Source: Candidatus Krumholzibacteriia bacterium
GTDB lineage: Bacteria; Krumholzibacteriota; Krumholzibacteriia; JAJRXK01
DNA: 64,000 bases
Assembly: GCA_041484665.1 (NCBI GenBank)
Contig: JBGPIA010000002.1
Location: 672,001-736,000, forward strand
Direction: 5' to 3'
The notes below the pieces were generated by a model. It saw only the letters and a program-made list of their open reading frames with translations, searched no databases and was not told where the DNA came from. Shown here piece after piece: positions 60,301 to 64,000 of the stretch (the first letter of the stretch is position 1; each line of letters starts with the position of its first letter). The position numbers and the translations under genes are program-made.

Positions 60301-60526
60301 GGCGGAGCTCTGCATCAAGTGCCACGACGCCACCAAGACCCACGCCCACCCGATCGGCGCTCCGGCGAAGGACCCGCGCACGGGCGAGGCCTTGACCTGC
60401 ACGTCGTGCCACTCGCCGCACAGCAGCGATCAGGAGGCGCTGCTCACGCACGAGAAGAAGCGGGAGCTGTGCGTGCAATGTCACCTCGGCCCGAACCTCG
60501 AGGTGCGCGGCAGGAAGTCGCACTAG
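57308..60526 (+). CDS. Giant periplasmic multiheme cytochrome (42 CxxCH)
   Basis: GGAGG RBS, signal peptide ending ARA; 42 CxxCH counted in 'H.P....CxxCH.PH...LL.....LCxxCH' doublets. Confidence 0.95.
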   Translation: MRRATGIGWVESWRLSLGVATALVCAAATATAPPARAATGRPCYECHKEAREQFKKLVVHPPVAKEDCEACHKRHGFAQTLILQKSFPDLCTGCHANVIAPPSGAQAGKTGSNHLVYASVNCVSCHDPHAADRKGLLRGTQAQTCAQCHPRIQAALTAKEPHKPFAEGKCDACHGTHDAPQPNLLLAPEAELCARCHGPTVGLPELHRRPEVAGAACSSCHDPHGAPKAGSGGGYIHQPFAEANCGVCHTDPKADPKALTATQGELCGTCHGEVATVAQAQGGHPPAAAGDCTRCHEPHRSDRGALLKGDAEDLCMPCHGDLRDQQKLAAQHAPFRDLDCSACHAPHGSTTTAMLKQVPQALCQSCHQPIVDKAKAAKAQHPPVLTDCSACHVPHASEQPKLLHDLPGQTCLGCHSAQEAEQKLPVVHLPFSVGDCGSCHGAHGTDVPGMLVRSDPVLCITCHRKQGDERHMAAPHAPFAAGECSTCHAPHAGRNGGLLVSSQQELCASCHGQIKGTAAAATAAAPSAASLHAPVAGGECSACHNPHAVDSGKALLREAGGAELCFTCHTALKDSFAAGVVHAPVKEGKCTTCHDGHQTMDDKGQILLKTACTSCHDAGTGDFRKIHGEFQLEASTCVECHDPHRSDAKGLLRKVRHEPFASDACGTCHQPPAPGRAPQLLSEQGKLCASCHGAPQEPAPPKGLHAPVAAGECSECHNPHVAQRAALLRGSGGDLCLRCHDDLDLALKTAGPELVHKPVEAKQCDACHGGHTGIMPGLLDQSVPGLCATCHGDVLERAGRKFGHAPAKQGKCLECHDPHLGKSKGLLVTASTRELCAKCHDSNAAHFQTAHRGFKVGLGNCAGCHDPHGSDQKGLMPAFAHVPYAEGECASCHASPDQLVASPPQLCTSCHDDHAQDAQKAFPHKAVSEGPACLNCHAPHAGKTASLLIREDVGRTCWTCHERAAFQHKNQHPDLQSGCTNCHDPHGSATGRILKAPEAELCIKCHDATKTHAHPIGAPAKDPRTGEALTCTSCHSPHSSDQEALLTHEKKRELCVQCHLGPNLEVRGRKSH

Positions 60527-60833
60527 CGGCGGGCGACGAGGCGCGAGGCACTGCATTCCCTGCCCGCAGACGTGCACGGTGCGGCTGCGAGAGATTCGAG
60601 TGCCTGGGTGTGGCTCTGTCCGGCCTGGGGCAGTCTACGGGCGACACTCCGCAGCCCCGCGGCCAGCGTTGCCAACGGCGATGTGGCTGGCGCCCCTTGG
60701 CCTGGGCCGCCGAGCGGTGGCCACTCGAGCGTCGCCGCTGACCGCCCAGGCCGAGGGGCCCAGGGCAATGCCGCAGCCACCAGCAGATTGCCGCGGGGCG
60801 AGGACGTCGCACGGAGACTGCCCCCGGGCCGGG

Positions 60834-60917
60834 CAGCGGCCAGCGGGCAGCGCCCAGTGACCGGCATGCAACGACCAGCAGCCAGCGACCCGCAGCCAGC
60901 GAACAGCGGCCAGCGAC
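60834..60917. repeat. Degenerate heptamer tandem array (consensus CAGCGRC, 12 units)
   Basis: cagcggc cagcggg cagcgcc cagtgac cggcatg caacgac cagcagc cagcgac ccgcagc cagcgaa cagcggc cagcgac. Confidence 0.8.
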
Positions 60918-60968
60918 ACGCTACGAGCGGCAGACGAGCAGCGGCCGTCCTCTGTCACCGACCCGACG

Positions 60969-62972
60969 CTACGCAGCCTCGCGACTCTCCCGCAGCGACA
61001 CGCGCCACAGATAGACGCAGAATCCCGTGAAGCCGACCAGCGAGACGAGCTGCGAGATGCCCAGGTGGTCGTAGAAGGGCGTCTTGATCCGATCCTCGGC
61101 GTACCAGGGGAAGAGCCGCAGCGCCGCGCCCAGCACGCCGCCCAGAGCGCCGCCGGCCATCAGCCCCGACGCGATGACCACGCCGCGCTCGCGGATCGAG
61201 GCGCCCTTGCGGCCGCCAACCCGCTCGGACCGCCGGGTGAGGAAGTGGTGCAGGAACCCGCCGACCAGGGCCGGCGAGTTCAGCTCCAGCGGCAGGTACA
61301 TCCCCAGGGCGAAGACCAGGGCGGGCACCTTCAGCATCTCCATGACCAGGGCGATCATGGCGCCGGCACCGAACAGCAGGTACGCCACCGGCTGGCGGCT
61401 CATGAACCCCTCGACCAGCGCCTTCATGATCGAAGCCTGGGGGGAGGCCAGCACCACGCGGGTGTCACCCGGCGCGGCCTCGCCGAACTGGAATCCCTTG
61501 GCCAGCATCACGATGGTCAGGCCGGAGGCCACGGACGCCGCGACCACGCCCAGGAACTTGACGCGCTGCTGCGCCGCGGGCGTGGAGCCCAGCCAGTAGC
61601 CGGTCTTCAGGTCGGTGATGGTCTGGCCGGAGACCGACAGCGCGGTGCAGACCATCCCCGCGATCGCCATGACGAAGAACATCCCGGACGTGCCCGACAC
61701 CCCGAACTGCAGCAGCACCACCGACGAGATGATGATGGTCAGCATCGTCATCCCTGAGACCGGATTGCGGGCGGTGGTGGCGATGGCGTTGGCCGCCACC
61801 GAGGTGAAGAAGAACGAGAACACGACGACCAGCAGCAGGCCCAGGATCACGATGCTCAACGAGGCGTGCAGCGTCCCGAAGAAGGCGGCCACGCCCAGGC
61901 TGCTCAGAATGACGCCGACGAGGATCGACATCACGGTGATGTCGCGGTCGGTGCGCTCCAGGCCGCCGTGCTCGCCCTGGCGGAAGGCGCGCGTAGCGAT
62001 GGCGAAGCTCCCCAGCACCACGCGCAGCGACTTGATGATCCCGAAGATCCCGGCGGTCGCGATGCAGCCGACGCCGATGAAGCGCACGTAGCCGCGAAAG
62101 ATCTGATTGGCGTCCATCTGGGCGATGGGCACGGTCGCGGGATAGACCACCGCGTCGGGAAAGTGGCGGCCGATCATCCAGATGAGCGGGACCAGCGCGA
62201 AGTTCGCCAGCACGCCCCCGGCGCACAGGATCATCGAGGAACGCAGCCCCATGACGTAGCCCAGTCCGAGGATGAACGCGACCGCGTCGAAGTTGAACAC
62301 GACCCGCGCGCGTTGCGCGATCCGCTCCACGACCGGAACGAACCGGAAGCTGATGTTCTCGCTCCAGACGTGGAAGGTCGTTACGAGGAAGTCGTAGACG
62401 CCGGCCAGGGCGGTGGCCTGCAGCAGCAGCTTCGCCTGGGAGCCGCCCTTCTCCCCCGTCACCAGTACCTCGGTGATCGCGGTTGCCTCGGGGTAAGGCA
62501 GCTGCCCGTGCATCTCGCGCACGAAATAGCGCCGCAGCGGGATCAGGAACAGCACGCCCAGGCAGCCGCCGGCCAGACAGATGAAGATGGTCTGCAGCGG
62601 GTGCGGATCGAGCTTGAGGATGTAGAGCGCGGGCAGCGTGAAGATGGCGCCCGCGACCACCGCGCCCGAGACGCCGCCGATCCCGGTGATGATCACGTTC
62701 TCCAGCAGCGTGGAGCGGCGCGCGTACACGCGGGCCATTCCGATGGCCAGGATCGAGATGGGGATGGCCGCCTCCATCACCTGCCCGACCTTCAGGCCCG
62801 AGTAGGCCGAGGCGATGGTGAAGATCACGCAGAGGAACAGGCCCCACAGCACCGACCGCGCTGTCAGCTCCGGCATCTTTGCGGGAGCGGGGACGATGGG
62901 CTGGTACACCTCACCCGGCGCGAGCCCGGTGTAGGCGTTCTCGGGCAGTGACTTGGTCTGCGCAGCGTCCAT
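60969..62972 (-). CDS. OPT family oligopeptide transporter
   Basis: ELT.RS...G, YSGLKVG...AAIP, LENVI, LPYPE.TA..EVL, NPVSGM, DLKTG..LGSTP..QQ and APQA-like motifs. Confidence 0.93.
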   Translation of the reverse strand: MDAAQTKSLPENAYTGLAPGEVYQPIVPAPAKMPELTARSVLWGLFLCVIFTIASAYSGLKVGQVMEAAIPISILAIGMARVYARRSTLLENVIITGIGGVSGAVVAGAIFTLPALYILKLDPHPLQTIFICLAGGCLGVLFLIPLRRYFVREMHGQLPYPEATAITEVLVTGEKGGSQAKLLLQATALAGVYDFLVTTFHVWSENISFRFVPVVERIAQRARVVFNFDAVAFILGLGYVMGLRSSMILCAGGVLANFALVPLIWMIGRHFPDAVVYPATVPIAQMDANQIFRGYVRFIGVGCIATAGIFGIIKSLRVVLGSFAIATRAFRQGEHGGLERTDRDITVMSILVGVILSSLGVAAFFGTLHASLSIVILGLLLVVVFSFFFTSVAANAIATTARNPVSGMTMLTIIISSVVLLQFGVSGTSGMFFVMAIAGMVCTALSVSGQTITDLKTGYWLGSTPAAQQRVKFLGVVAASVASGLTIVMLAKGFQFGEAAPGDTRVVLASPQASIMKALVEGFMSRQPVAYLLFGAGAMIALVMEMLKVPALVFALGMYLPLELNSPALVGGFLHHFLTRRSERVGGRKGASIRERGVVIASGLMAGGALGGVLGAALRLFPWYAEDRIKTPFYDHLGISQLVSLVGFTGFCVYLWRVSLRESREAA

Positions 62973-63069
62973 GGGCTCCCTCGTGTCTCGCGCACCATGC
63001 ACGTTGAAGGATCGGTACACCGGATCGAGTGGCCGATGGTAGGGGTCGGCCCCAGGGGCGGGCAAGTTC

Positions 63070-64000
63070 TCAGGTGGGGTGCGGGGAGCGCTCGATCTCG
63101 CGGATCCAGAGACCGAGCCCCACCGTGACGAGCAGGATGAGCGCCACCGCCACGGCCAGCCCAGCCCGCCGGCGCGAGAGCTCGCGCAAGGCGCCCTCCG
63201 CCTGCTCCAGCACGGCGCGCCCACCCTCGGCGCCGCGCCGGTAGGTCTGGGCGAACTGCCCCGGGTCGGAGTGGTCGAAGCTGTGGACCAGCACCTCGAG
63301 CGAGATCTCGGCATCCACCACTGCGCCCAGCTGGAAGGAAGCCTCGCCAACCTCCATGCCGGCGCGCTCGGCGCTGAGCAGCTTGCGCCGCGCGTGGGCC
63401 GCCAGGCGCGTCAGCTCCTGTTGGTCCTTGGAGAAGCCCGCCGCCACGGTGTAGCCAGCGTCGCCCGGCGCGTGGCAGTCGGCGCAGCGCGAGCTCGTCT
63501 CACCGATCTTGCCGACGCGGAACTTCAGGAACAGCTCGTCGAACTCGGCGCTGTGGTGGCGCTGCTTGGCGCGGTCCACCAGCCAGTCGAAGCGAGCCTG
63601 CGGATCGGTGGCGCCCGCGGCCTGCGACGCGGCCAAGAGCGACGCACGCTCGTCAGCGAACCCGGGCGGGTCGCCGGGAGAGTGGCAGATGTCACACGGC
63701 GTCTCGGGCACCGCAGCCAGCATGACGATGCTGGGGCGCGGCACCTCGTGGGAGCCGTGGCACGACATGCACTCGGGCAGCCCCAGCTGGTCGAATGCCG
63801 CTGCCTTCTTGCTGCCGCGGAACAGCTCCGCCTCGCGCGCGTGGCAGGTGCCGCACACGTTGGTTACGGAGTTGACGCCCGGGGGGACCGCACCGTGGTT
63901 GCCGTGGCAGTCGTTGCAGGCGGGGGCCGCGGTGTCCTGCCTCTTGAGCAGCGCGATCCCGTGCACGCTCGCCGTGTACTTCGCGTACTGGTCGGTGGCG
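63070..64000 (-). CDS. Multiheme cytochrome with C-terminal membrane anchor (5' end outside window; at least 5 CxxCH)
   Basis: Frame open to the window edge (..DQYAKYTASVHG..); CNDCH, CGTCH, CMSCH, CDICH, CADCH; helical stalk and C-terminal TM. Confidence 0.85.
   Translation of the reverse strand, partial: ATDQYAKYTASVHGIALLKRQDTAAPACNDCHGNHGAVPPGVNSVTNVCGTCHAREAELFRGSKKAAAFDQLGLPECMSCHGSHEVPRPSIVMLAAVPETPCDICHSPGDPPGFADERASLLAASQAAGATDPQARFDWLVDRAKQRHHSAEFDELFLKFRVGKIGETSSRCADCHAPGDAGYTVAAGFSKDQQELTRLAAHARRKLLSAERAGMEVGEASFQLGAVVDAEISLEVLVHSFDHSDPGQFAQTYRRGAEGGRAVLEQAEGALRELSRRRAGLAVAVALILLVTVGLGLWIREIERSPHPT

Noticed and set aside
60834..60917. CRISPR array
   Set aside because: 7-bp tandem units with no unique spacers; no cas genes anywhere in the window

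Overview
Very GC-rich bacterial chromosome segment. FlgD-Ig/T9SS-like C-terminal domains and C-terminal 'SWGxLK' tails suggest a candidate FCB-group lineage such as Eisenbacteria, Krumholzibacteriota or Latescibacterota (inference). The left half (1-32.4 kb) is mostly housekeeping and envelope genes: 5' end of dnaX, SRP RNA, six tRNAs (Ala, Arg-ACG and all four Ser isoacceptors), tadA, S55 peptidase, cyclophilin, AsmA, mnmA, ExbB/ExbD/TonB, murB, a ComM/YifB ATPase, a dipeptide epimerase, a Ser/Thr kinase, a Nudix hydrolase and several secreted proteins. The right half (32.6-64 kb) is a dense respiratory island of ten multiheme c-cytochromes with about 108 manually counted heme-binding motifs. 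It resembles a complete Geobacter-style extracellular electron transfer (EET) chain: CbcL-like and ImcH-like quinol oxidoreductases; a porin-cytochrome conduit (9-, 12- and 6-heme proteins plus a beta-barrel); and an OmcS-like hexaheme nanowire subunit inside an apparent assembly operon (NHL propeller, beta-barrel, two CsgG-like lipoproteins, ResB/DUF2155-like protein, 42-heme cytochrome). It also holds an uncharacterised module: lipoyl-lysine-less GcvH-like protein, HybA/HybB-like pair, heme-binding sensor kinase, sigma54 activator and archaemetzincin, with matching -24/-12 promoters. All family assignments come from motif recognition by eye, not from database searches.
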